From Octopus sinensis (Eukaryota): a DNA stretch of 64,000 nucleotides. Below, one piece after another: positions 51,368 to 64,000 of this stretch. Both the position numbers and the translations under genes were made by a program. Below the pieces are notes generated by a model. The model did no database searches. It worked only from the letters and a program-made list of their open reading frames with translations, and had not been told where the DNA came from. The first letter of the stretch is position 1, and each line of letters opens with the position of its first letter. The DNA lies in the NCBI RefSeq assembly GCF_006345805.1, contig NC_043003.1, forward strand, positions 30,070,001-30,134,000. Direction: 5' to 3'.

Positions 51368-53235
51368 TAGAGCCCGAATTCTGAAAATGTGGCTAATGGG
51401 GCTCTGGTATTGCAAGTCCCCAATGGTGGATCTGTTCCTAGTGAAGGCGGATGAGGGCAATGCCATGCAAGCTAGCTATAAAGGTGGACTACAACAAACT
51501 GGAGTTCCAGCAGCTTGCCACAGGGAGCCTGAGAAAGGACCAGAAGGGCTGATCCCAAGATGGAGCATAGGATCTTATCCACCAACTCTGGCAGCTTGTT
51601 GCAGCAGAAGACAAGGGTCAATTATCTCGAGACTCCTCTTGCCATTGAAGACCCCTCGCCTTCTGTCAAGTGCATGCAGCTGAGAGCTGTGCATCCTCTC
51701 TGGCATCTTAAACTTTTCACAGCACAAGCTTCACCTTTCATCCTCTCTGCAAGTCCTGCGGCAATGGGATCATGTGGCAATGGGGGTAGACTAGGATGTA
51801 GTTGGAAGCCTCTAGTTGGAGTCCTGCACATAGGTAGCATAAGTAAGATGGTCATTGTTGGATGGACCCACGGACAAACATCCACCTCGGTCCTGCTTGT
51901 GCATCCAGCAACCCTTTTCAGGGACAGCACTGCCTGCCCCATATGGGGAAGGGCCTAGAAAATGTGGCTCACAAAAAGCTCATTCTCACTTGCTCGACTG
52001 GGTAACCAGTCCCAGTGAGTCATACCCAAACATGTGGTCGAAACCAAGCATCAAAATTGAGAGAGAAAAAGAAACCCTCGAACCTTATCCTTGCATGTTG
52101 GAATGTTCACACCCTCCTTGATGACGTTTCACATGATGAGCTGGACACTCGATGTCCCCCGCGATGCACTGCTATTGTAGCCACCAAACTCAAGCGTTAT
52201 AATGTCGACAATGCTGCACTCAGTGAAACTCATTTCCCCGATGAGGGTTCCCTCACTGAAGAAGCTGGTGGATACACCTTCTGGAAAGGACATCCCTCTG
52301 GGATGCCCTGTTTGCATTGGGTTGGTTTCGCTATCAAGAACAACCTATTGGAGAAAATTCCTGGAATATCCTGTATCAGCAAGCACCTGATGACAATCAA
52401 AATCCCACTTTTGAACAAACGTTTTCTAACAATTCTCAGCGTTTATGGACCAACTCTCAACTCTGACGAAGAGATAAAAGATGCCTTCTATGATTCTCTG
52501 CATACTGCATTTCGGAACATCTCCCGATCAGACAAGATCGTACTCATGAGTGACTTCAACTCCCGTGTTGGGTGTGACAATACCACCTAGCAAGGGATCT
52601 TTGGTCTTCACGGTACAGGGAAAATGAACGCTAATGGACTGAGATTACTCACCTTCTGCTCCGAGTATGACCTGTGCATCACTAACACCCTCTTTAAACA
52701 GCAGGACATTTACAAGACATCATGGATGCACCTGCATTCCAGAAAGTGGCATCTCCTAGACTACATCATTGTCCGTTGTCAAGACATGGGTGATGTCCTC
52801 CATACTTGCACAGTGCATGGAGCAGATTGCTGGACGGACCACAACCTTATCTACTCCAAGCTTAGAATCAACATTCAACTCCCTAGTCGACAGCATCAAA
52901 ATGACTGAACACTACGAAACTGTATGATCCTGAGAATCGTGGCCTCTTTCAAGATCAGCTTGCCAGCAAATTGGATACTCTCCCACTCCCTGATCCTACC
53001 TCAGTAAACCATGAGAAGCTAGATGATATATGGAGCAAACATATCTCCCTGATCTTCTCGATCGCAACTGAACAACTAGGACACACTAGACGTCGCAATC
53101 CCGACTGGTTTGATGATTCTGCTGATGGGATCCTCCCTATTCTAGGAAGTAAAAACCAGGCTCATGATGCCTACCTCTCGAGCAGGTCCAACGCACACAT
53201 CCAGAATTGGAAAGATCTTTGCTCGGAATGTCCTC
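51368..53235 (+). mobile_element. RTE-clade LINE, 5' UTR plus endonuclease only (RT missing), defective
   Basis: WNVHTL, ALSETH, VGFAIK, SDFNSRVG, SWMHLHSRKWHLLDYIIVR, CWTDH, DWFD motifs with stops and frameshifts. Confidence 0.88.
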
Positions 53236-53811
53236 AAGATACATCAAACTTTCATACATGTCAAACATTTGAAAGTCTAAGGAATATGAGAGTACAAAAT
53301 GATAACTCTCAAAAGCTGCCTGCACACACATACCATTTTATTTTTACAAACAAAACTATTAGAAATGAAAGATGAATGGACGAATCTGCCTGTATTGAAA
53401 CATCAATTCAAAGACAAATAAGTACAACAATTGTTGACTGTTCACAGTATCACAATACTGATAAATATTTCCACAACCAGACTCGTTATGAAAGTTAATC
53501 TGTTGAGAAGATCACACATTTAAATAAAGTTTAATTACAAAACATTGCAATACTTCATTTGTTATTTACACTAACTTTCTACCAGAGAAATTGTCACATT
53601 CAAAAGTGTAAATCTTTAACTCATTTTCATTACAGTAAAAAGTTTAAAAAATCTCCAACAAAGGTTTTTCAGGGAGAGACTATTGAAGTAAAGAAAATTA
53701 AATTTTGTCCATTTTCTTGTAATGTCCAATCATATTTCATCAAATTCTGTCCTAGAGGAATTCCTTTCAGTTTCATGAAGTAATAATTTGCACAAAGTCT
53801 TCCAAGTTATC

Positions 53812-55107
53812 CTATTGTTCTAGGGTTTGACTTCCATGTGACCTTTTCTTATGATTAGTTAAAATTCTATTCTCAGAGAAAGTTTTACCACAGATGTCAC
53901 AATGATAGGGTTTCTCACCTGTGTGGACAGGCCTGTGACGAGTTAAGCTTTGATTATCAGAATATGTTTTACCACAAATATCACAGCTATATGGTCTCTC
54001 ACCTGTATGGCCACGTACATGAATTGTTAAATGACCTCTTTGAGAAAATGTCTTACCACAGATATCACAATTGTATGGTTTTTCACCTGTATGGACACGT
54101 ACATGTTGAGTTAGATGACCATTTTGAGAGAATGTTTTACCACAAATATCACAGTGGTATGGTTTCTCACCTGTGTGTGTGCGTATGTGTCTAGTTAATG
54201 TACTATTGTCAGAGAATGTTTTCCCACAGATATCACAGTGGTATGGGTTGTCACCTGTGTGTATGCGTATGTGGTTAGTTAAACCACTACTGTTAGAGAA
54301 TGTTTTCCCACAGATATCACAGTAAAATGGTTTATGTCCTGTGTGAACTTGCTTGTGACTAGTTAAACTACTGTATGCGGAGAAATTTTTCCCACAGACT
54401 GTACAATTGTATGGTCTCTCACCAGTATGAATACGTACATGAAGTGTTAAGTGACTACTCCGAGAGAAGGATTTACCACAGATATCACAGTGAAATGGAT
54501 TCTCACCTGTGTGAATACGTACATGTTCAGTTAAGTGACCATTCTGAGAGAATGTTTTCCCACAGATATCACAGTGGTATGGTTTCTCACCAGTATGCAT
54601 GCGTATGTGTTTAGTTAATCCACTTCCATCAAAGAATCTTTTTCCACATATATCACATGGGTATGGTTTTTCACCAGTGTGCATACGAATGTGTTTGGTT
54701 AAGCTATTACTGTCAGAAAATGATTTCCCACAGATATCACAGTGGTATGGTTTTTCCCCTGTGTGCATTCGTATATGTCTAGTTAATGCACTATTGTCAG
54801 AGAATCTTTTCCCACAGACATCACAGTGGTATCGGTTGTCACCAGTGTGCATCCGAATGTGCCTACTCAATGTACTGCTACCAGAGAATGTTTTCCCACA
54901 GATATCACAGTGGTATGGGTTGTCACCAGTGTGCACACGTATATGTCTAGTTAATGCACTGTTGTCAGAGAATCCTTTCCCACAAATATCACAGTGGAAT
55001 GCTTTATCTCTGACTTGTTTGTGATTAGCTAACAAAGAGAAAATTTTCTCTTCAATATCACAATGGTATGGTTTCTCACCCATTTGAGTATCTTTATGAT
55101 TAGTCAT
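53812..55107 (-). CDS. C2H2 zinc-finger protein ZNF-7 (431 aa, 14 intact fingers plus one degenerate)
   Basis: Intact ORF starting at MTNH. Confidence 0.92.
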   Translation of the reverse strand: MTNHKDTQMGEKPYHCDIEEKIFSLLANHKQVRDKAFHCDICGKGFSDNSALTRHIRVHTGDNPYHCDICGKTFSGSSTLSRHIRMHTGDNRYHCDVCGKRFSDNSALTRHIRMHTGEKPYHCDICGKSFSDSNSLTKHIRMHTGEKPYPCDICGKRFFDGSGLTKHIRMHTGEKPYHCDICGKTFSQNGHLTEHVRIHTGENPFHCDICGKSFSRSSHLTLHVRIHTGERPYNCTVCGKNFSAYSSLTSHKQVHTGHKPFYCDICGKTFSNSSGLTNHIRIHTGDNPYHCDICGKTFSDNSTLTRHIRTHTGEKPYHCDICGKTFSQNGHLTQHVRVHTGEKPYNCDICGKTFSQRGHLTIHVRGHTGERPYSCDICGKTYSDNQSLTRHRPVHTGEKPYHCDICGKTFSENRILTNHKKRSHGSQTLEQ

Positions 55108-55710
<603 letters not shown>

Positions 55711-55741
55711 GTGACTGAATTATATATTTATAAACTTGATT

Positions 55742-55910
55742 TTAATTTTGCTGCAACTTTTGGTAATGAACAATAGTTACTTGAGTACTTGATAACATTA
55801 GTTTTCTGTTTTTAAAAAATGACAAATTATTTGAACTGGCAATTTCCATTTCAATGTCACCACAAACCCTGAAATAGAGAATATAAAGTAGAAAGGACAA
55901 AGCAAAATTG
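55742..55910 (-). promoter_or_regulatory. ZNF-7 splice acceptor (exon starts 55868) plus 35-aa uORF 55849-55742
   Basis: CTATTTCAG|GGTTTGTGGTGACATTGAAATGG. Confidence 0.65.
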
Positions 55911-56444
55911 ACATGGAGGTTATTAAAAAGGAGGGACTTGACCAAGGACATTGAATATTAAAATAACCAAGATCAGAAAATACTTATAGAAGCAAGACAC
56001 AATAGTATGGATATATATTGGAAATGGATGATGTAATGTGTAGATGTGGACTTTAGAAGGAAGATAATAATGGGATGCACAGATAGAGAAAACAGATCAA
56101 AATGATTTTAGTGGAAATTAAGTATGAACAGATATTAACTGAAAAGACATTTATTTTTCAGACATCTACTAAACATATATGAATAAGTATCTTGTACTAT
56201 CACCTTGGGTCAACCAAAGCTTTATGAGTAGATTTGGCAATGAAACTGAAAGAAGCCTTTTGTGTATTTAATCATCATTTTAAGATCCAGTTTCCCATGC
56301 TTACAGAATTTGTTGAAGCAGATTTTCTATGGCCAGATATGTTTTTCATGGAAGAGTGGAAGCAAATGGAACAGCATGCGTCATGGTGACATAATGCAAT
56401 ATCAAGACAAGAATGCACAAAGTACACATACACACATATATATA

Positions 56445-56770
56445 AGGCACAGGTGTGGCTCTGATAAGAAGATTGCTTCCCAACCACATGGTTCCAGGTT
56501 CAGTCTCACTGTAGACAAGTGTCTTTTACTGCAGCCTTGGACCAACCAAAGCATTGTGAGTGAATTTGGTAGACAGAAACTGAAAGAAGCCCATCGTATA
56601 TATACATGTGTGTGTGTGTGTGTGTGTTTGTCCCCACCACCATTACTTGACAATCGATGTTGGTGTGTTTACGTTCCCATAACTTAGAGGTTTGGTAACA
56701 GAGATCAAAACCCTTTAAGGCAGTGCTCCAGCATGACAACAGTCAAATAACTGAAACAAGTAAAAGAATA
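56445..56770 (+). mobile_element. tRNA-derived SINE
   Basis: GGCACAGGTGTGGCT head, GGTTCAGTCTC B box, GAAACAAGTAAAAGAATA tail. Confidence 0.8.
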
Positions 56771-57029
56771 TATATATATATATATACATACATATTGCAC
56801 ACCCATGATTGCAAGTTCATGGTTTTGATTTCCATATCAGTAGTGCATTGTGTTCTTGAGCATTGCATCAGTCCACTCAGCTGTAAATGGATAATCTAGT
56901 AGCAGGCCACATCATTCAGCAGGGTGACGTTGTTTGAAAGCTACAGCAATACAAGGAAGTGTACTGTGATCAGCAGTGTATAACATCCAATAATCTGGTC
57001 AATACAGTGATATACATACATATATATAT

Positions 57030-57408
57030 TCTTTTATTCTTTTACATGACTGCAGCCATGCTGGAGCACTGCCTTAAAAGGTTTTTTTTTGGTCAAAGAA
57101 ATCAACCCAGAACTTATTCTTTGTAGGCCTAGTACTTATTCTATTGGTCTTTTTTTTTTGTTAACTGCTAAGTTATGGGGACATAAACACACCAGCATCA
57201 GTTGTTAAACAACGGCAGGGGGACAAACACAGACACACACACACTTATATATTGGGAATCTTTCAGTTTCCATCTACTAAATCCATTCACAAGGCTTTGG
57301 TTGGCTTCAGGCTATAGTAGAAGACACTTCTCCAAGGTACCATGCAGTGGGATTGAACCCAGAACCATGTGGTTGGGAAGCAAGCTTCTTACCACACAGC
57401 TACACCTG
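57030..57408 (-). mobile_element. tRNA-derived SINE (inverted relative to 56445-56770)
   Basis: Colinear with 2686-3061. Confidence 0.8.
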
Positions 57409-57409
57409 A

Positions 57410-57541
<132 letters not shown>

Positions 57542-57699
57542 TTTCAGCCACATATGTACACATTCTCATAGGAAAAGATATTTACTCAAAATAGTCATAT
57601 TATTCAACATAAATTATTTCATACAGCTTCAATAGTTTACCATTATGAAATTCAAAGAAAAATGCCCATTAGAAACAGTTCCTTGTTTTTACACAAATA

Positions 57700-57830
57700 T
57701 ATCATCATCATCGTTTAACGTCCGCTTTCCATGCTGGCATGGGTTGGACGATTTGACTGAGGACTGGCGAACCAGATGGCTGTACCAGGCTCCAATCTGA
57801 TCTGGCAGAGTTTCCACATCTGGATGCCTT
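57700..57830 (-). mobile_element. SINE 3' fragment
   Basis: Reverse complement of 23835-23970. Confidence 0.7.
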
Positions 57831-59201
57831 TGTTAGGAAAACCTCTGATGAAATAGATGATATAGATTGTTGTGTATGACAATATAACCATTCACGATTT
57901 AAAATACTCGTGAATGGGACTAAAAATTAAATGTGACCAACATTCTTTCGTTTTATGATCGCTGAACGAATGCGGAAAAGTATCGTGAATAATTGACATT
58001 AAAAATTTTGAATATCATTTTTTTTTTTTATCAGTACTGCAATATTGTAATCTATTGTACTCTCCGTAATTTTAAGAGTTGACGCTAAAAAAAAAAAACA
58101 ATATCGAAAAATGTTGAAAGCAGAAAAATTCAGGAAAAGAATTCAAAATTTGAAAAACTATTTCTGGTAAAATTGTAGGGTCTTTTCTGTACACCAAATT
58201 TGGAAACAACTAAAACACTATTAAAAAAAAAGTATGACAGCAACAGAAGATCTAAATCGTAATCTCCGTTGTTAAAAACACGAATCTGGAGAAATAACTT
58301 TATTTGGTGGAGGGAGAGAATGGAGAGGAAGGTTTTATCCAACAAGTCCGCCCGATCATTGTTGAATAGTGTCATTATTTCCACTTTCATTTTCCAATCA
58401 TAAAATGAAATAATACCATATAACACATAAATAATTTTTTAATGTGCTTACTTAGCATGTCTAATCAAAGATAACCAAGACTGGAAGCCACAATAAAATG
58501 ATAGCAAACAGAATTGTTCAAATTCGGTTTTTAAAAACATGTTTATCATTATTGATTATATACGATGTATAACATCAACACCCAGTATAAACTGGGTATT
58601 GATGTGTTCCTATTTCTTTAAAGTGAATATAATTAAACACACTGAACACAAGAAAAACATATTTTATATACACATAGAGGCTTAATCAAAAGAGAAACTC
58701 AACTCTGGATATCCAAAATATCGACTGCAATTGATTTAGTTCAAGCGAGATTTAGCTGACAGAGAAAAACGATGCAGAACATTGTGATAATACGTCGTAA
58801 TTAATAAATAAACTTTAATGTCACCGTGTATAGTGTTGCTAAATAGTTTCTCAAACAGAACATCACCAACGGCTATTTTCTTTTTCTTTTCTTTTTTTAT
58901 ATAAAAATTTAAACCTGGATGTAAATAACACCTCACCATTAATATTGTAGGCTGCTAGAACAGATGTTTTCACAAAAATACTAAAACATTGTATTCAGTA
59001 ATTAGCTACTAATAATAGATCAACATACCGTTTTCTTTCTGTCTTCTTTCATTATTTGGTGTAATAATATTGAGACATGAACAGATTTGAGGGCAATTAA
59101 CGGACATTATTAGTACACAAATATACCAACAAACTCAATTAGTGAACAGCAGTGATAATACAGCCCAAACTAACCGATACAGATACATTAGTATAAATTC
59201 T

Positions 59202-59221
59202 TCAGCCATATTTTCACAAAA
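59202..59221 (-). promoter_or_regulatory. degenerate conserved upstream motif of ZNF-7
   Basis: TTTTGTGAAAATATGGCTGA at the homologous position; both CpGs lost. Confidence 0.5.
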
Positions 59222-59688
59222 TGGGTTGTTTATCCATTCTCTATTATGTTATATACATGGAAGGAATGGTATGTATAAAATACTATGATTCTAAAAAATC
59301 AGCATCCAAGTTTTTTTTACGTAAATCATTCTGGGTTTGGATTAATTACATCCTAACTGAAAGAGCTAAAAGCGAAGTTAACCTTATAGTGGGATGAGGG
59401 GGAGGTGGCAAAATAAGGTGCTTTTACTGCATTTTTGACTTGAGACAAAATATATATTTTACAAATGTTCCCTACCTAAGCAAATGACCTTCCCTAAATT
59501 CATTAAAAGCATAATAACGTAATCTGATCTCAATTTCAAAAATTCTCGCCATTCTCTTTGAGCATATAAAAGACAATTTTGGCTGGGGCAAAATGAGTAA
59601 GCCAAGATAAAATAAATTTGCCACTTCAGTTTTCCAGAAAACTGACTCATACACATCAATATCCATCAGAAAGATCAGAAATATAAAA

Positions 59689-59719
<31 letters not shown>

Positions 59720-61044
59720 TCTAGGTCAAAGGAAAGAGGATCAGGGAAAATGGCACATGATATGAAATTAACAAATCTCAACTAAATATAGAAAAAGCCT
59801 CAACATAAAATATTATCTATAGCTTCAACACGATCTGCTAGAGAGTCCTCTTTGTGATATAACTACTCACCATGCAGTTCAGGAGAAGAAATGATTGGAA
59901 TTAGACATTGCTCATTTTACCTCATGTCTATGCATCATGTTTTGAAACTTGAAAATTATTAAACTAGACATTCGTGTGCAAAAAAATTGACTTGGAATCC
60001 AAGAGAGAAGAATATTGATTGTTAAACACTGAAAATTATCCAGATATTTTGTTAGCAACCTCAATTACAATCAAGTCAAATTTGAGGAAAAATTTCTTGA
60101 TAAGAGGACCTACCAACTGGCTATGTGTCAGACTCTCTCAACTTCAACAGCAACAACTGTGCTGATCAATTTTTGCTTATGATGCAACAATGCAAAATAA
60201 CCTGCAACAGTTAGTTCTTAGGAAGGGTGTAATGCGCTTGTTCGGGATCAACACTTGTAATGGTAAAAATTTGTTGTTATAATTGCATACTGTAGGATGT
60301 GAAAGATGAACAATGCATGAAGTTTTAAGAAAGTATTTATTTACCGTTACGTTGAAAAATACCATACCTCAACAGGCAGGTTATAACATTGGAGAGCATG
60401 CGAAAGAAAGTTAAATGTGGTAGAATTTTTTTTGTATAGTTTGGTGTACACAAATTGTTAGTAGTAATTCACAGATAGCGATAGATGATGTTGTAAGAGA
60501 GCAGAATTAGAGCTAGTGAAAGTTGTAGGGTTGTGGGACATTGTCTCACAGTTGCTGACAGTAAATTTAATTTCTCTCGCTGACCATTATCTTTAGTAGT
60601 TGCATTCCTTGTGATCATGATTCTAGCAGTCCATTCCCTAACTAATTGAGTCATCACGAGCCGCCTCGCTCAATTGTCGCCAAGTGACTGCTTGGTTGAG
60701 TCATCACCATGTGACTAGACTCATTGAGACTTCACAGACTGATTTTTGCTTGGGGTATTCTTGCTTTTATAACTATCCAGTTTAGACATATCATTGGGAA
60801 CAATAGATTTAGTTGGTGGTCTTGTTATCTCTATTCTAGCTTTTGGTGAAGTAGAAGAGGTTAGAAAGGGTCAAGTGGTGAAGACATTATTTTGGCCTGG
60901 CTAAAGGCATCTGGAAAACGTAAAATTGCTGTCAGAGAAAAACAATTGTTCCACAGTGGGAAAAGTTCTGTTGCTGTTGTTAATTTAAATTTGGCTATGG
61001 TGGATCGAATCCACTTCATGCATGCAAGATCCACTACAAATCTT

Positions 61045-61240
61045 TTCTACTCTAGGCACAAGGCCCAAAATTTTGGGGGTAGGGGCCAGTCAATTATATT
61101 GACCCAGTATACAACTGGTATTTAATTTATCGATCCCAAAAAGATAAAAGGCAAAGTCAACCTCAGAAAAATTTGTACTCAGAACAATAAGACAGACGAA
61201 ATATCGCTAAGCATTTCACCCGGCATGCTAACATTTATGC
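61045..61240 (-). mobile_element. second SINE family copy
   Basis: GACCCAGT..ACTGGTATTTAATTTATCGATCCC..AAAGGCAAAGTCAACCTC pattern recognised as an octopus SINE; tRNA-like head on minus. Confidence 0.55.
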
Positions 61241-61899
61241 CTTGCAGCAGTGGAAAATAATGAAAATTCAGAAGTTATTCATTAGGAAATTTCAGTTGAC
61301 TGAGGATTTTTTTACTTATATTATTCAGTACTCCACAACTTAAATTATTTCTAAATTCATGGCATTGGTCTTCTTGAGTTATTTCCCATAGCTTGCTTTA
61401 GGTAAACTTCTACTCACCCTAAATCTATTTCTATATGTAAAAATCCTTGTTGTCGAATGATAAATCAGGTTCAACTTTGACCACTGTCCAATAATTTTGA
61501 AACAAGGTCATGCCAGTCACCTTATGAGATTTTCCATTAAATATGTAAATTTTGTGAAGGTGAGTTTTGATTTCTTGTATCTCTTTTTATTTGACAGTTG
61601 TTGACAATTATCTCCCGGTTTGTTTTCTTTCTCCAACTAAAAAGAAATTTCTATTTATTGAGAAATTTTTCCATATATCACTTATTTATTACACTGTAGG
61701 CATTTGGTATTGATCAAATTGAGGTTTATTGTTTCTCTATAAATCCACAAGAAGAACTGCTGACACTCTATTCAAACAATTAGTCTTAAAACAGTAATAA
61801 ATTTTTCTCTTGCTCTCCCTCAAAAAGATATTCCAGAAGATACAGACCTGTAGTGAAGTTCAGGTTAATACATAATTAAGTCAACACTATGATACTTAC

Positions 61900-62700
61900 A
61901 TCATTTACATTTGATGGATACTTGTTCTCATCCTGTTTGTTGTTAACACAAACAAAATGAGGACAGCCTTCATCAGGTGTCTTGGGGAAATTTTGAACCT
62001 GGTCTCATTCCTAAGGTATTTTTCAATGTTATTATTATTATTCAGGTCACAGCTCTGAATCAAAATCTTAGGGTTAATAGCCCGTGCTCTTAGCTACTAT
62101 GCTATATGCTTGTGGGCAATTATAGAGGGAATTTTAGGGCTTATAAATCTAATATTCTCCTATCCTTCCTTAATACCAGTTCCCATATGCTATTCATATC
62201 TGCATTTGGTCTGCCTGTCCTAGCATATGTGCTGCTTCTTTTAGTTTTCATATTTTCCACTGGTGTTCTCTGTTTATTATTTTAACTTCACTCCACAGTG
62301 GAAGGTGGTCTCCATTTCTCCATACATGATCAGCTATACCCGATTAATCAATATCTCCTCATGTCACAGCTTTGCAATGTTCCTCTACACTTTTTTTGCG
62401 GGGGCAGCATGTTTCGCCTTTGTATAACCTACCACAGCTGCATGGGATGGAGTACAAATTTTTGGTCATATTCTCTTCTATTGGTGATTTTACTTGAAGG
62501 AGATATTTGCGAAGTGTTCTATTACTCTTGAATACTGTCCTGATGTCATATGGGCCACATATCTTTCGTATCTTTTTGGAGAGGCCTTTCACATAGGGTA
62601 GACAGACTGTGGACAGTTTATTGATTTCGTCCTCTCTTTTCTTCATAATTGGAATGGATAGTATATTTTTGGGGGTAGTTGTTGCTTGATAGATTGTTAC
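61900..62700 (-). mobile_element. Penelope-like element 3' part (RT C-terminus, GIY-YIG endonuclease, pseudo-LTR)
   Basis: LPYVKGLSKKI...LYSIPCSCGRLYKGET...EEH; hammerhead-core remnant CTGATGA at 61976-61970. Confidence 0.85.
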
Positions 62701-63894
62701 TGAGCTGTGGCATTTCATTACACAATCATACTCTGTAGAATGATTTACTTGGCCCTAAAACATATTTCTATGAAACCTAGCATTACTAGGGCCAATCAGG
62801 AAACTTTTATATGGTCACATAATCTACAAGAAATTGCAACCAATCTTCCTCAAATTCTACCTTACCTTCATAAAATCAAATATATCCAATGTAAAAAAAA
62901 ATCCTGAAATTTCACAATACCATCATTCTTTGTACAAGAGTTACTTGGCTGTAAAATTTATTCCTTACAGCTGCCATTTCCTTAAACTTAGTATTGCAAC
63001 TATTTCTCTAACTCACAAAAATTAAACCTCATTTTAAACTACATATCCTTTTTCGTGAGTTCTACTAATAAAATAATGAGGTAGTCATAGTGACCATAAT
63101 GGGTTATAATTACAAAGCTCAGCTTTTTATCCAACTTTCTGGGCTGACATCTCGCTACTACTCTGATGAAGGCATTAGAACTACTCCATTCCTCTCCGAT
63201 GAATCTACCTCATTTCTTTTGTTAACCATTTTCCTCCTGTATTATGATTTAGTTCTTCAATGTTTTGATATATATGCAATACTTGAACACACCACCAGTG
63301 TCACTGGGTATTCTGGATCTTAAAACATACATCCTCATCCAGGCAATCCAACCTTAATTGATCAAGCCTAAGGTAAACAGCATTCTACTGACACCATTAA
63401 CCATCTCTTTTCAACTAGAACCATCTAGACACTTTCTCAACAGCTATATTGTTCTTGATGATTCTTTTGCTTGTTCCTGTAATACCCAGATTTTCATAGG
63501 CCTGACTTATAGTATGAACTGTAAACCCTCAGCTGCCAAGCTCCATTGGCAAAAACCTTGTTTTTCACCCACTCTTACAGCAATCCTCCACCAACTTCTG
63601 GTAATTGGCTCTCTTCTACTCATGTGCCTCCTGCATCCTCTCTTTCTAGGGCATAATTAATTCCAATAGGACTAGCAATCTCTCAGTCAGTTTTCTCAAG
63701 TGTCACACATCAAATTTGTCATCCCTTTCTTCTAAATTTTCTGTTTCTACAGTCAACAATTCGTAAAATCAGTTAACTAATTACTTAACACAAAAGTAAA
63801 CTAAAACCAGTGAATGTGTTATTATTGGCAGAACGGTGCTCCCAAAATACATCAACACATCAGAAATCTTGTAAAGCAGATACAAAAGTGACGT

Positions 63895-63990
63895 ATTTTT
63901 GTCTCTGTGTAACCAGCCTGGATATTAATGTTAACCCAGAATATATCAGTAGAGAATATCACACATCTATATAAAGTTTAATAATAAATT
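63895..63990 (-). other. family 3' flank motif; suggests an eighth ZNF gene beyond the window
   Basis: TCTGTGTAACCAGCCTGGATATTAATGTTAA resembles GACAAATGTCTGTGTAA..GGATATTAAAGTTAA downstream of ZNF-3, 4, 5 and 6. Confidence 0.5.
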
Positions 63991-64000
63991 ATAACAACAC

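Noticed and set aside
51063-51683. 206-aa ORF
   Set aside because: Runs through low-complexity TA sequence into the RTE 5' UTR; no protein-like features
628-55024. Antisense ORFs of the [14 protein letters not shown] type overlapping every ZNF gene
   Set aside because: Expected by-product of the 84-bp finger repeat read on the opposite strand; no independent evidence of coding
63161-63185. CTGATGA hammerhead-like box
   Set aside because: No stem II/GAAA or flanking helices

Overview
AT-rich eukaryotic DNA, very likely an Octopus genome (inferred from the SINE families and the [11 protein letters not shown]-type zinc fingers). The window is a tandem cluster of seven C2H2 zinc-finger (ZNF) genes at roughly 6-11 kb spacing. 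ZNF-1 is on + and has an in-frame TGA; ZNF-2 to ZNF-7 are on -; an eighth gene probably lies just beyond the right edge. No KRAB, ZAD or SCAN domain is recognisable. Each unit was duplicated whole. The shared parts are a 20-bp CpG-retaining upstream motif, a conserved 5'/intron block, a conserved splice acceptor followed by a short uORF, one finger-coding ORF and a conserved 3' motif. Comparing paralogues shows polarised finger turnover. N-terminal fingers decay, first into an in-frame fossil-finger domain and then into non-coding relics, with the ORF restarting at one particular in-finger Met. Middle fingers duplicate and diversify, while a C-terminal 3-4 finger cassette stays nearly constant. 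The spacers hold many transposable elements: a near-intact CR1 LINE, an RTE 5' half, Penelope, mariner and Tc1/maT relics, Helitrons, Ginger-like and Merlin/MULE-like MITEs, and tRNA-derived SINEs. All calls were made by eye; TE family names and boundaries are approximate.
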